A stretch of DNA of 64,000 bases from Malacoraja senta (Eukaryota), in NCBI GenBank assembly GCA_038087875.1, contig CM075978.1, positions 139,376,001 to 139,440,000 on the forward strand, given 5' to 3'. Position numbers and translations under genes: made by a program. Below the pieces are notes generated by a model. That model had not been told where the DNA came from. It searched no databases and saw only the letters and a list, made by a program, of their open reading frames with translations. Shown piece by piece: positions 13,581 through 26,611 of this stretch. The number at the start of each line of letters is the position of its first letter. Position 1 is the first letter of the stretch.

Positions 13581-14107
13581 AGGGCCTGTCACACTTGGGC
13601 CGTCACTTACGCGACAGGCCAGTAGTGACTGTCGCGCGCGTCATCATGCGCCCGCACAGCCCTCTGGAGCGCGTGACGTCATTTGAAGATGGACAGAAAA
13701 TGCAGGAGTAACTCAGCGGGACAGGCAGCATCTCTGGAGAGAAGGAATGGATGATGTTTCGGGTTGAGACCCTTCTTCAGTCTGAAAGCTCTGGGAGTAG
13801 GAGTGGGGGCGGATCCGGATCCGCAACAGCCGTGAGCCCCAGGCTGAGTTCGACGATCGTTTGCCTGCTTCTGCTGCTGTTGGAGGTAAGACGTTGCGTA
13901 GCGCCAGGGTCTTGGGCCTGTCCCACTTTGGCCGTCAGTTACGCAACAGGCCGGTGGTGCACGAAGATTTTGTGCAGGACGAAATCCACACTCCTCCACG
14001 CCACTCCACACTCCTCCACACCACTCCATGCGCCCGTCTCTGCGCTACCCACACGCTAGCAGGTCGCGTAAATGGCGCGCGAAAGACAGCCAAGTGGGAC
14101 AGGCCCT
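13581..14107. mobile_element. Non-autonomous DNA transposon (MITE), composite
   Basis: TIRs agggcctgtcacacttgg / ccaagtgggacaggccct; flanks CTAA and TTAA; GC-rich interior; superfamily (Kolobok or PIF/Harbinger) uncertain. Confidence 0.8.
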
Positions 14108-17100
14108 TTAATTTTTTCTGGGCTGACACAAAAATATGCAAACTACTTTGCCTGAATAAAATCTGGAACATTTTCATTACATTGATTACAAAACTGTTAT
14201 CCAAACATTTCAGAAGAGTGGGGGGTGGGGGGGGGGGGGAAGCAGCTGGGCTGAGTAAATGTCACTGATGTATCCTGGAATGTTGTACATGCTTTCAAAC
14301 CATAGGGTTGCCATGATGTTGTCATCATGAAAATCAGTGTACAGAAATATCAGATACAGGCAAGATCAAACAATGTTGAATATATTCATATTATTTTGAA
14401 TGTTGAAAATTTTGTTGTCAATATTTTGTTAGAGTGGCGCTATTGGATTTAAAATGTAAGTAAAACTAGTTCACTTTCTTCTGTATGTGTTGAAGAAATA
14501 ATGTTTGTCTTTTAGTTTTCCTTCTACTTAACTGGCAGACTTTTCCAAATCTATTCAGATGTGTTTCCACAAGTTTTCTTTGTATCATAAACATTCTACG
14601 ATGATGGCCCTTTTCTTTATTTTTGTGAACACAAATAACATTCACAGGTTAGGCAGGGTTCCTTGCGAGTGTTGATATTTTGAATTTGTGGCCTTTGGGA
14701 CCAGATTAAACTGGATATAGAAATGCGTGATTTGTGCATTTGTCCCTGATAATTGTAAATATGTATTTGATCAAAAGAGCACAATGTCATACAAGAGATT
14801 ATTGCAAACTCCAAATGGTCTCTGAATAATTTTAAACCGGTTGATTGAAATTCTGCATGTTTTATAGTTTCCAAAAAGAAATGCCATTGTAATTGCACTA
14901 TGATAATAATGATAAATATTGGAAGTAATATGGTTATGACCACATAATAGGCTACAGACAAAGTGTTGGTAAATAGGATTAGTGTTGATTTGTACTCTAT
15001 GGCTGGCATAGTGGACTGAAAGACATGATTCTCTGAGATATGTTGACGGCAGGAAAATAATTGAGAAAGATGGTAAGTACAGTATATTAAAAAAAATAGA
15101 ATCATATCACAGGAAGTCAATAAAGATTTTAAAAGACTGTTTATGGCTGTAATTGAAAGCCTTATCTCGTACAAACGATTTCCAAAAATAGCTTTTCTCT
15201 CATTAAAGTCATGATATAAATGCTAAAATTAGGTTTAGCAAAGTTACTTCCAATGAGTGCAAGAGAGATGTTGCTGATACTCATTCTGTTTATTGATCTG
15301 ACCAATTCACACCTTATTTTAGGTTGTATGAGTGAACTAATATCAACACCAGCCATTCCCAGAATCTAGTTGCAGAGAATCACTGAACAAAAGTTGCTTG
15401 TGTTATTTCCTCCCACATTTAGTTTCATATCTCTGATACCAATAATAATTTGGTATAGATCAAATGATACTGCTGCATCATGCAGAACATCAACACATTT
15501 TGTGGAACAGTGATGTGAAAATCTAATATCAACCAATCAGACAAATTGCACCAGGAATAAGCTCTCTGGCATTTTCTTTGTATATTTGCCACAAAGTACT
15601 TAACAGGCCTACTTAAGGACATTTGTGAATTGCTAGATTACAGATTTTAATGTACTATTATAATTGCATTATCAGCTGGTGTGGCGGTAAAGCCATTTCT
15701 GCAGTAAGCTTGCTTCATCTACATTTCCAAGCCAACAGTGACACTTCATCAATATTTAAAATATAAATAGACCTTGTATACCAATCTACAGTGCAAATAA
15801 CATGTCAAATTTACTTAGAACAGCAAATCTTTTCAGATCTCTCACACATTTTTCCTTGTTTGGTCAAAAATAAATCCCTTGAAGCAATAGTTTTTGTATT
15901 GCATATTAGGATCATAATATGATTATGAGCAGCAAAGCCATTTTTATATTCCATACTGAAAAGCTAAAGCCATTATCAGTAATTGAAGGGTCACTATGAT
16001 TATCTTTTGAAAATCTATTTATATCTCTCCCTAACTTTGACAGGTGACCTTGCTCCAGAAAATACTTCAAGATGATTGAGATCAATGCAGCTGCTGCTGA
16101 TCGATTTAGAGGCAAAGCAAAATGCTGTACTGTCCTGGTGCTCCCTATGCAATGTTTCAACCTCAGCGACTGCCTACCCAATTCTTCCTGCATCCCCCTT
16201 ATAATTGGCATATTAAATCGAAAAGTCAATTATTTTTCACTCGTTCTTTGCTTTGCGCCTTGATCTTGGAAGCAAAGTACTGAAATTGATGATGTCTGCA
16301 GATTCCCAGCTGTCATGAGCAAACCTCGTCATGCTTGACTTTCTCATCAGCCACTTGAGACATTCCTTATGTGACCCCCTGTAATTAAGTCCTACTTTCG
16401 GACAGGAGAGAGGATAAGAAAACCTTACTCCTGCAGGCTTGGAGTGGTATTTTGTTTTATTCTTTCATCTACTTTTACTGTGCCTGTACGGTTGCATTAT
16501 TTCATAAACAGAAGATTCCAGGGGTCCTTGAGGACTTACCTCCCCCAGAACTAGACTGAGCTCGGACTGGTAATATATGGTGTGCATATGACCCTCGGTC
16601 ATTTTCAGTTGCGTTTTTTTTTAATTAAATGAAGGGGGGTGTCATATTCCACCACAAATCCAAATTCAGTTGGCATCATTGTCCAACAAAAAAGCCGAAT
16701 GTATTTGCAGGATGTTTCGTTTTTGAAAACGATGTGCACAGAAATGACATTTGTTGTGATGATTACATTAAAGAGTTGCTCAATAATAAGGGAAATTAAA
16801 GAACTGCAGCTGTCAGAAAGATCCCCTTTCATGTACATTTTATTTTATCCTCTATAATGGAACAGAATATTTCCTTCCCCCTCAATGGCACTGGTTGGAT
16901 AATTTGCCTTGTGCATTAATGAATGAGACTGCATTTTTTGTTCAGCTGTGTACTTAGCAGATTCTGCAGAATGCAATAACAGTCTAGTTAGATGCCTGAT
17001 CCTTTCCCTGGTAGGGAAGCAATGCCTCTGTCATAGGGCATTCAAATGATAAATGCTAGAGTTAGTTCAGAGCTGAGAATGCACTCTGGTTTCAGTGCAA

Positions 17101-17129
17101 AGAATATTTATGATAATTTAAAAAAAATG

Positions 17130-17830
17130 TAAACATGTGAACATATGAATTAGCAGCAGGAGCAGCCCACTTGACAGCTCTCCCCCACCTTCCCCCTCCC
17201 TTCTTAGGATTGCTTCCCCATTCAAGAAGCTATTGGCAGGTCTAATTGTACTCTCGACTACCTATTCCTGTCAACTCTGTAACGTTTCACCACACTCAAC
17301 AATGTGTTCGCCCCAGCTTTGACTATTCAATGATTCTGGTTTGAACTAGTGCTTCAAAGACTCAGAAACCTGTGAGGGGGACAAATTTCATCTTATTTTC
17401 TACATCTCCATATCAATGCTGACTTGACACTCCGAGCACCTTGTATGTTTCAGTTAAGTCCCCTCTCCCTCGTCTGAGCTCCAGCACATCCAAGACTACC
17501 CTGTCCTGCCTTTCCTCATTAGACAGCTCGTCCATTTTAGATATCAGCCTAATGCTGTTTTTCTGATCCTTCCCAATTCCCATCATTGTAAATATGCGGA
17601 ATAATATAAAACACTGCAGATGCCCCTCTATAATTGAAGCATAATCTCACTACTTTTGTATTCAGTTATTCTCACGGTATACTGTACAACAGCACTGGAT
17701 CTTTCCTAATTACTTGCTGCACCTTTTGTGCATTGTTTGATGGATCACAAGGATTCATTTGCCTCTCAGAGCTCTGCAGTCTCTCACCAACTGTACTCCC
17801 CACAACTTATTTTCTTGCACTATTAGGTAA
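17130..17830 (-). mobile_element. Old CR1-like LINE 3' fragment
   Basis: Tail aacatgtgaacatatgaattagcagcaggagcagccc followed by a degenerate ORF2 end. Confidence 0.55.
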
Positions 17831-19666
17831 TTTGCAAATATAGCAACCATGCTTTCAATGCCTTGTAAAGAAACTTGATTGATTGTTATAACCATGAACT
17901 AAATTGATGTGCATTATTGCTTGTGATTTACACAGGAGCAGTAGTAACCTGGTCAAAGGTTATGAGTTCCTATGGAAATTGCAATGCGTAAGAATAAAAT
18001 CCCATTGTGCAAGGTTACCTGCAGTGATAAGAATTTCATGTCTGTCAATAAACCCATTGTGAAGTTGTATGAATGTAGTGTTGACTGTTTATTTAATCTT
18101 AAATGTTTATTTGCATTATATTTGCTTCAGAATATGCTTGTGATTAATAGTTCTATTGATTAACTATCTGATAAAGAACACTTCACAGCAGGTTTTCAAC
18201 TAGTTTAAGGCAAGTGTATATGCACAGTTTTCAAACTCAAAAGTAATGTGAAGATCTAGTATCGGGAAAGAAAGTAAAACAATTCCAAACAGAAAATTTA
18301 CAGTTGCCAATTAACCAACACATCTTTGGGACGTGGGAGGAAATGAGAGCAAACCCGTACGGTTACCAGAAGAACATGCAAACTCCTGAGTCAGGATTGA
18401 GTCTTGATGGGAGAATGCCTCTGTGCTCTCTATGTATTATGGTACTTTGTCACAGATACTGAGGTACAGTGAAATTCATTTTTGTACACAGTACAGTACA
18501 AGTATCACTATACATAAGCATTTAGATGCATATTAGATAAGCATCTCAGATGCAGTATAAGAGGAATAGCAGTAGTACACTCACACAGTATACAGAGTTG
18601 CCAGTTTGGCACCATTTTCAAGTCCCAGTTGTTGTGAATGCAGGGATCTTGACCTGACCATGAAGGTCTGTTGTCCCGGTGGCGTTGCAGGGTCGGCCTG
18701 GCTAAGTGTAGCCGTTGGTGTCCTCCGTGTGTATTTTACATGGGATGACTATTACAGTAACAAAATAGTGAACACTTGCCCACAGACTTTTTGTGAGTAT
18801 TTGAGCAGCAACTGCTGTATTTATCCCGTTGGACCACTTCCAACATATTGTCCTTTGTAGCTTGCACCAGAATGGTTGTTCGCTCAATCGGATTGAAGGA
18901 AGTATACACTGTTACAAATAAGCCCAAGAAATGGATCATACAGTGCCAGCCTTTAGGCATTAATTACACAAAATTAAATAATGCACAGACCTGCTGTGGC
19001 CACAGAGAATGGAGGTTGGCACAATGTGCTTATCATGGGCAAGAGGGAGAATCCCCATACCATAAAGCGCTGATTACAGTCTGATTGAATGAAGCTCTGC
19101 TACAATTATTAGAATAGCTTATGACCAAATTGGTGGAAGATTGCCATAAAGAGCCCAGACTTCATAAAAATATATTTTTATGTGAAGATCTCCACTCTTC
19201 AGGTATACAAATGGTGTTCGGTTCTCCCTGACCAATCGTGAATCGAGAAACTTCCTTTCACATTGTTTTATTGTGTGGGATTCTCAGTCTTGCCCAATGT
19301 GGCTACCTAATGCCAAACTCTGCTCTGTAACCTTGGAATAATATAGGCATTCACCCCAGCACAGTTGGCATAATTCCTGGCCTGTGTCTCATTGAGCAGA
19401 AGTTGCCTCTTTCTCCAGCGTTATAGGCATTGCTGCAGCCTGCCTACTATGGGCAGTGTATTGTTAAGGACTGGCACCCTTCTCTGTACAGCAAAGTAAC
19501 AGGCAATTGGCAAAATTGGATTAAGTCCTATTATCAATCCACAAGTTGTGCATTTGTGATTGAGACCATGTGTAAATCGTTCTTACAGTTATGCATGGGT
19601 CCTAAATTTTCATTTTACTCTCGCTTCTCATCTGCTCGGTAAAGTAGTGCAGAAATATATACAGTG

Positions 19667-20476
19667 TCTGTATGGCGCGGCGGCCTCGCCAGCAGTCTGT
19701 TTGTCATTTCACCCTTTTTGTTATTTTTAGTCTGTTTAAAGTATGTTTTTGGAGGTTTCTTCATCTTTTTTATGTGGGGGAGGTAAGGGGGGAAGAGGGG
19801 AAACTGTTTCCCAGTCACTTCCTGGTCGAGGATGCGTCTTTTCTCCAAGTCGCATCTTCGCCCCCTACCATCTGGATTGGCGCAGCCGGCCAGAGCTCCA
19901 GCAGCGGCGCAGCACTAAATTCCATCGCGGAGCGGGCGATGTCTTACCGGGGATCGACGTGTTGGAGCTCCGGAGTGTTGGGACTGCTGTTTAACACCGT
20001 GGAGCTGTGGTTTGCTGAGTTTCTAGCCGCGGGCGGCGCTGACTTTAACATCGCGGAGTCCTAGGATCCTTTGCCGAGGGTCGCCAGTGTTGGAGCTCCG
20101 CCCAGCTCGGCCTGTCGACTTTGGAAACCGCGGTCTCCGGTAAGAAGTGGCCGATTTGGAAACTCCAAGCCGAGAGTGTGTTCTTCCGTTCCGATGCCGA
20201 AGTTCCGATCATCCCGGCGAGAGGGCCTGACCTTCGGGCTGCCGTAGTGGCGACTGCAGAGGTCTCAAAGGCCCCGACCACGGGTGAACAAAGAGGAAGA
20301 TGACTGAACTTTATTGCCTTCCCTCACAGTGGGAAACCTTGATTCCGCCGTGTGGGGATGTTCATGTTAAATTCTATCGTGTATTGTGTTCTTTTTATTC
20401 GTACGTCTGTATGGTAACTCAAATCTCACTGCACCAATTGGTGCATGTGACAATAACTGTAACTTGAACTTGAACT
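19667..20476 (+). mobile_element. Non-autonomous GC-rich retroposon with Rex1-like tail
   Basis: Ends with hairpin tgcaccaattggtgca, gtgacaataa and (aacttg)n; homologous to 61220-61966. Confidence 0.7.
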
Positions 20477-21051
20477 AAAGATTTTGTTTCTTAGTTTCTA
20501 CTTGTTCTTTTATCCCTCTCTTTTGCTATCCTATTTTAACGTTTCTGTACAAGTTTTTTACCAATCGATTAAATCTAATTTCTAATATCCTTGTTCTACT
20601 TATTGATTTGAACTTTACTACCTGGACACTGGAGTCACCTAGATTTGATTGGCAGAATCTCTTTTAATTCTTTAAACATACAATGGATAAATGGCATACT
20701 TTTGAGAAAAACATCATGGACATATACAATTTCAGCCAAACCTTATGACCCTTGTAAAAGAAGACTTAGTTGATATTGTCTTCAAGCTTTGCAAGATTTT
20801 TGCAAGATGTGTGCAATGTGATTGACGTGTTGATTTACAAAATGGCTGATGAGCCATAAAGTAATTCATTAAATAAGGAATATATTGGAGGCATTTCTGA
20901 GAAATGACACAAAATATAAAGTAAAAACATATAAGTGTGAATGGTCTCACGTTGAGTTGTACTAACAGCCCACAGCAATTGCAACTAGACTGTAATTGGT
21001 TTGATTTAATTAAATCAAGGCATAATCAATAGAGACCAATAACTATAGTAT

Positions 21052-21175
21052 GTATAAGAAGGAACTGCAGATGCTGGTTTAAACCGAAGATAAACACAAA
21101 ATGCTGGAGTAATTCAGCGGGACAGGCAGCATCTCTGAAGGGAAGGAATAGGTGACATTTCGGGTTGAGACCCTT
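21052..21175 (-). mobile_element. Short Penelope-like 3' terminus
   Basis: Near-identical to 2343-2460; possible 9-bp TSD ct(a/g)tagtat. Confidence 0.8.
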
Positions 21176-21828
21176 CTGTAGTATTTCAGTCTCATTTGAC
21201 AGACCCTGTTAAGTTTCTGGGTAGATTGTGTTCAGTAACAATTAACTAGTTCATCATGCCAGCCAAAGCTGATCTATTTTGGCAAAGAACATGCCGGGTG
21301 AGGATTTATTTGTTAATCTTGCAAAAATGTTAGTTGCATATCATTTTCAGGTGTTGTAGTTCAGTTTATGTTGTAGAATACCTGCAGCCAAGCACATGTT
21401 AGGAGGCAAACTGTATAAGGTGTGCATGTAATCCTATTGCCTGGCCACCAATTATAACGCAGTGCCTGTTCTCAGTCCTATTAACTCATAACTATTTTAC
21501 AGTTGCCTTGCAGTGTAAGAGTGACATTTGTATAATACCAGGCAACAGAATTTGCAAAGTTTCTCCCTAGGGCTGAATTCAAACCAAGGTCAAAAAAGGT
21601 GAAAGAGCTTATATATTAATGCACTGAATTGCCCTGTTCTGCATTACGTTTGTTTTGACACTAATCCAAGTCTTCTGTCAAAGATCAAAACTAAATGGCC
21701 CTTGTATTATACTCTGTTGTGCAGATGGCTTCATAATGAGTTTCAGTAGTTTACGCGAAAACGGAGAGCAGACTATAATATTTTTTTCGGAAAATGTTCA
21801 ATGCTCATATTATTTTTCATTTAAATAG

Positions 21829-21877
21829 CTCTTTCGGGAAGTAAGGATTATGAAAATTTTGAATCATCCCAATATAG
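21829..21877 (+). CDS. MARK1: MARK1 exon (human exon 4 equivalent) LFREVRIMKILNHPNI
   Basis: tag|CTCTTTCGG...AATATAG|gtaag; 49 nt; kinase alphaC region. Confidence 0.96.
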
Positions 21878-22307
21878 GTAAGGTTGTATTTTAATCATAT
21901 TTGACTGTGTACTGAATATAGATGATTAATTTAAAATAATCTGTTACTCTTTCGTAAGAGCATCATTTTGATCTTTCATTTCTAACATTCTACTGACCAT
22001 CATTTTCCATGCCAAATGTAATAAATATTTGTAATGTTGCATCAGCTTTTACTTTGCTTTCCACGTTTTTGTTTCCTTTCTAATATCTGCCTATTCTCAA
22101 TCCAGTGTCTCGTGTTGGGTTTTGTTTCACTGGCAGTGATGAGTGGTGTGCATGGGTACAGAAGAAAAAGGGATTCAATTTACTTAAATTGTCAGATAAA
22201 ACTTAAAAGTGTGTATTTTCCCCCTATGAATTAGGGAGGTCCCTGACAAGTGTAATTTAATTCTGAGGTTTTTATAATATGACCCCCCCGAGCCATGAGG
22301 TGCTGAG

Positions 22308-22682
22308 GCCCACATTCAACACACCTAGCTGAAATTACAGCGGTGTAGAAATTGGATATGATCTGTCTGTACCTCTTTGCATTGCGCCACTTTCTTTTTC
22401 GACACCATATAGCCAAAGTGTGAACTAAACAAAACAGTATCTCACAAAGCATGACAATTTACGATGATAGAAAGGTCCCTTCACAAGCAGCTAATGAGAA
22501 CAATGTGCATCAAATTTGGGTGAACTTGCACACTTCAGTTTATAACAAATTTGACTTTGGGTAATAAAGATGGCAAATCTTTATGGTGTCGGGAAAGAAA
22601 GCTACGCAATGCAAATATGTACAGGCAGAGCATATCCTATTTCTACATTGCTGTCATTTCAGCTCGGTGTGTTGAATGTGGG
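22308..22682. repeat. Imperfect inverted repeat with ~100-bp arms (22308-~22410 and ~22582-22682)
   Basis: cccacattcaacacacctagctgaaat... versus ...atttcagctcggtgtgttgaatgtggg; ORFs on opposite strands share AVISARCVECG. Confidence 0.85.
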
Positions 22683-24523
22683 TTTCCAATGTCCATTCTA
22701 TATATTGTTCATCTGCTCCAGTTCCCCACATTCTCCACCCAAATCCCTTAACAGCAGTTTCTGTTTTTTACCACATTGGGTATTTTTTAATACTTTTTTT
22801 AGAAAATCAAGCTAGTGTGTGAAATTGAATTCCTGTTTTTTTTTTAATGGTTTGTGTTTATGTGGAATAATTAATGAAGCTTTTTTTTTGGGAGGCTTAA
22901 ATCACAATTTATTAAGTTTCAATAAATTCTCAACCTTTCTGCCTCAAACAAAATATGGAACTAATATTTCTGAATGGGGACCAGATATTCACATTGCTGT
23001 TTTACTAAATGTATAATTTATTGGAATTTATTAGGTTATCTTTGTATTTAAAGACTTGGATTTTACAGTCCACGTCCTTTTCTCATTGGCAGAAATAAAT
23101 GAACTATTTAATTTAAAGTATTATTTTACTTTTCCAGGCACTATAAGCATAGGGAGCAAGGAAAATGATGGTATACACTATCTAACTCTCAGTAACAGTC
23201 ACTAATGCAAGATTATTTCTTAACATTACAAAATGATATTCAGAGAGAATCTTCAGATAGTGCCTAGTGTTCAAAAATACTGAATAACTTAGTTGCAACC
23301 ATGTCTGAATTGAAAAGAGAAGTACCGATGCAGTTTAAATGCAGATTTGGGAATGCCATACGCTTCTCCCAAATTCCCAGCGACAACCATGTTTGTAGAT
23401 TTCCATATAGATTTATGTAGTTTTCAGTAAAGGTGGGGGGGGGGGGGGGGGGGGGAGGAATGTTAATGCTGGAGTGTCTTGGCAAAACTACCTTTGAGCT
23501 CAGCTTTGTTCATGTCCTCTTCTCTCTAGGAAATTGAGAAGCATCATAGCAAATGTATCGAATATCATTCCTCTTAGTTTAAAAAATCCTTCTGGCAATC
23601 TCGCAAAACCTTCATTCAAGATGAAATGCTATAGATGCTGACTGTCTGCAAAGCGCTAGAGTTCACAGCATCTACAGTTTATGTTGTTTCAGTTCATATT
23701 CAGTTCCAGCATTGCTTATTTTTGTCATTTTCCTTTCTTTCCCTTCCTCTGCTTTCATTCATCTCATATTATCCATATCTGCTCCTGGCAATGATCTTCA
23801 GATGTCAAGCCGCATTCCCTCTCTCAGCTGGTACCACAACTGCTGCTTGTGTTGATTTTCTGCCAATCACAAGCATTCCATTTGTTCTCCACCTACAATT
23901 ATTCTCTCCAATTCAAAATGTGCACATTTCTAACTTTTCCTTGTTTTGATGGGAAACTTTCAGACTGCAATGCAACTGTTTTTCACTTGCCTTTCTAAAT
24001 CCTGCCTTGTTGGCTGCATTATTTCAACAGTTTTCTTTTTATATTATTTAGATGTGTAATTTGCAGAACACTTCCATGGATTCAGATCTATATGAAGCAG
24101 GTTTATTTTCAGGCGCAGAGCATTTAGAAATGCCTCAGACCACGTAAATGTCATATGTAATAAACTGTAGGTCAGATTGACACTGACATTTACTATGTTC
24201 ATCATGATCATTGGAAGGTCAGAGTGAAATTCAAGTATCCTTGCAACAGGCAATATAAGGAAAATCTCAAAGCGCACTGTTGCACAGCTTAAGTGTTTAA
24301 ATCTTTCAAATGGAATAAGGACTTGAATGGGGAAGATTTAATTGCGTAAATTCAGAAGTAAGGATTTTTTTTTTATTGGCTATATTGCTTTATGAACTTG
24401 TGCTTTATGTTGGTTTCTGATGTATAAATGCTAACCATGATCAGAATAATTTATCCCCACTCTCTACTTTTTTAATAATGATTTTATTAGTATTATTTAT
24501 AGGCAACCTTTTTTCTCTCCTAG

Positions 24524-24589
24524 TGAAATTATTTGAAGTAATTGAAACTGAGAAGACACTGTATTTAATCATGGAGTATGCAAGTGGGG
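24524..24589 (+). CDS. MARK1: MARK1 exon 5 (V)[21 protein letters not shown]
   Basis: tag|TGAAATTA...AGTGGGG|gtaagt; 66 nt, phase 1-1. Confidence 0.96.
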
Positions 24590-24981
24590 GTAAGTGGCTT
24601 TGGCTGTTCCTTGTAATTGATGCAAAGTTTGTGGCTTCCACAAGAAGAGAATCTCTCTGAAATAATGGAGGCACAAGATGATGAATGCTGCAGGGGGTGA
24701 AAATGAGAGCAGCTGGAGGAGAGCAGCTGGTCAGGCAGACAGCATCGGAGGGAAATGAACAGTCGATATTTCGAGTAGACCCTTTCGTGTTATCCAATAG
24801 AGAGCCAACGTTTTGGGTTAAGACTCTTCGCCTAGACTGATGTAGGGTTTTGACCCAAAATGTCGTCTGTCCATTTGCCCCCACAGCTGCTGTCTGGCTC
24901 GTGGAATTCCTTAAGCTGCTCTCCATTTTTTGTTCACTGAAATAATGTTGGATTTGCAACACTGACTCTCTTAAAGTGGTT

Positions 24982-25166
24982 AAGAAGGAACTGCAGATGC
25001 TGGAAAATCGAAGGTAGACAAAAATGCTGGAGAAACTCAGCAGGTGAGACAGCATCTATGGAGCGAAGGAAATAGGCAACGTTGGTCTCGACCCGAAACA
25101 TCGCCTATTTCCTTCGCTCCATAAATGCTGTCTCACCCGCTGAGTTTCTCCGGCATTTTTGTCTAC
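24982..25166. mobile_element. Young fold-back insertion made of two inverted Penelope-like termini
   Basis: aggtagacaaaaatgctggagaaactcagc... / ...gctgagtttctccggcatttttgtctacct; perfect 14-bp TSD ctcttaaagtggtt (24968-24981, 25167-25180). Confidence 0.88.
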
Positions 25167-26611
25167 CTCTTAAAGTGGTTGTTCAGTTAAATGCACTCTT
25201 AAAATTAAAGACAGTGTTTTGTCGCCATTGTTATTTATCTCCTCTAGTATTTATCTCTTCTGGGTTTTTTAAATTAAGATTTTGCTCCATTCTCCCTTTG
25301 ACTTCTGTGAGTCTCAAGTTCCTGAACAACCTGGTTCCATTATAGCTGTTCAAGCACCCAAAAGCATAGATTAATATCTAAGTAAGCAATCCTTTCGAGG
25401 ATGATGAACTGTAGTTTTAGCTCAGTTGTAAAAAGACAAACGTAGAAAATTAGTACATTTGGACAGGGAACATCATCGGGAGCAAAAGAGGGAACAAAAC
25501 TTAATCTCAACAGTTGTATTAAATAAATAATTGAGATTAAGTTATTGCCATTTTGTTCCCGATAAAGTTGTTCTTTGCCAATTATCTCTGCAATGTTTGC
25601 ACATTAACTACTGTAATCTTTACATTTTGAAGCACCTTGTATTTGTGCACTATTTGTTAAACTGAGAATTGAAAGTTATATTTCTATTCTAAAATTGTCT
25701 TCTGTGGCAAATGTGAATAAGAGATGATAAATTAATGTGTGCCAAATTATCTTAAAATTGTAAAGAAAGTAGTTATAACTATAGTTTTCCTCCGATGAAT
25801 ACAGAACCATTTATCTATTACCAAAACTACAATGCAGTACATTTTTCTAGCAAATTCCTTTTAATCTATACCCCAGAAAATTGCTGGGTGAGATCATGTT
25901 TAAATAGTGTGACGGTTGAACTTCTAATGCCAGCAAAGTGTCTCTTACATCAAATCTCATCTAAAAATATCTGCAGGAATATCATTGGAATGCAGAAATG
26001 TTATACCGGATACATTCGACTGTCACAATATGTATTATGTTTTTTTAAGCTTTGTCCCACTTAAAAGTAGGTCTGTCACATTCTGCTCTTTCAAATTCTA
26101 CTCCAGCTGTGAACCTCTGGATGTCTGGGTACTCCATAAATTATTTCCATTCATCTATGTGATCAGTCAGAAGACACGCAGTTCAAACTGGGAAACTGGT
26201 AATACACCTTTTCCTTGAATTGGATCAGTCCTAACTTAAATTTTTGCACGAGAATAGACTAATTTATTCAAGAATTTGTAGAAGACAATCTGCATTTAAT
26301 TGTAAGTGGTGTCTTCTTGAAATTACTAGTAATTTTGCTTCTGTGGGAGGGTCCATACAACATGATAACCTTGATCATTCTTCATGGCTAATTCGTTGAA
26401 AATCTGTTGAGATTAAAGTAACATAATTAATAAAAAGCTTTTAAAGTTTTCCTTAAATCGGTTGACCTTTTAAGTATTTGGAAGAATTGAAAGAAAACAA
26501 TTCAGTTACCCTGCCATTCACATTTGATCTGCAGGTTATTTCTTATTAGCTGCCACTTGTCATTTTGTTTCATGGAATTAAAAATAAATTGTCTAGCATT
26601 ATTTTTGTAGT

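Noticed and set aside
14617-15174. 185-aa minus-strand ORF
   Set aside because: Low-complexity I/L/F-rich translation of AT-rich intron; no recognisable motif or splice context
15400-17100. Repeat-poor intronic stretch as a possible conserved enhancer
   Set aside because: Conservation cannot be assessed from one sequence; short homeobox-like motifs are expected by chance in AT-rich DNA
1-21828. Search for MARK exons 2-3 (GKGNFAKV, VAVKIIDKTQLN)
   Set aside because: No matching sequence found by eye; the region is treated as one long intron, though a manual scan could miss a short exon
23435-23456. Long poly-G/poly-C runs (also ~14221, ~32482, ~47919) as functional G-quadruplexes
   Set aside because: Simple homopolymer expansions, some inside repeats; lengths are unreliable in assemblies and there is no independent support
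24441-25055. 204-aa antisense ORF overlapping exon 5
   Set aside because: Stitched from PLE terminal repeats and intron sequence; no domain features
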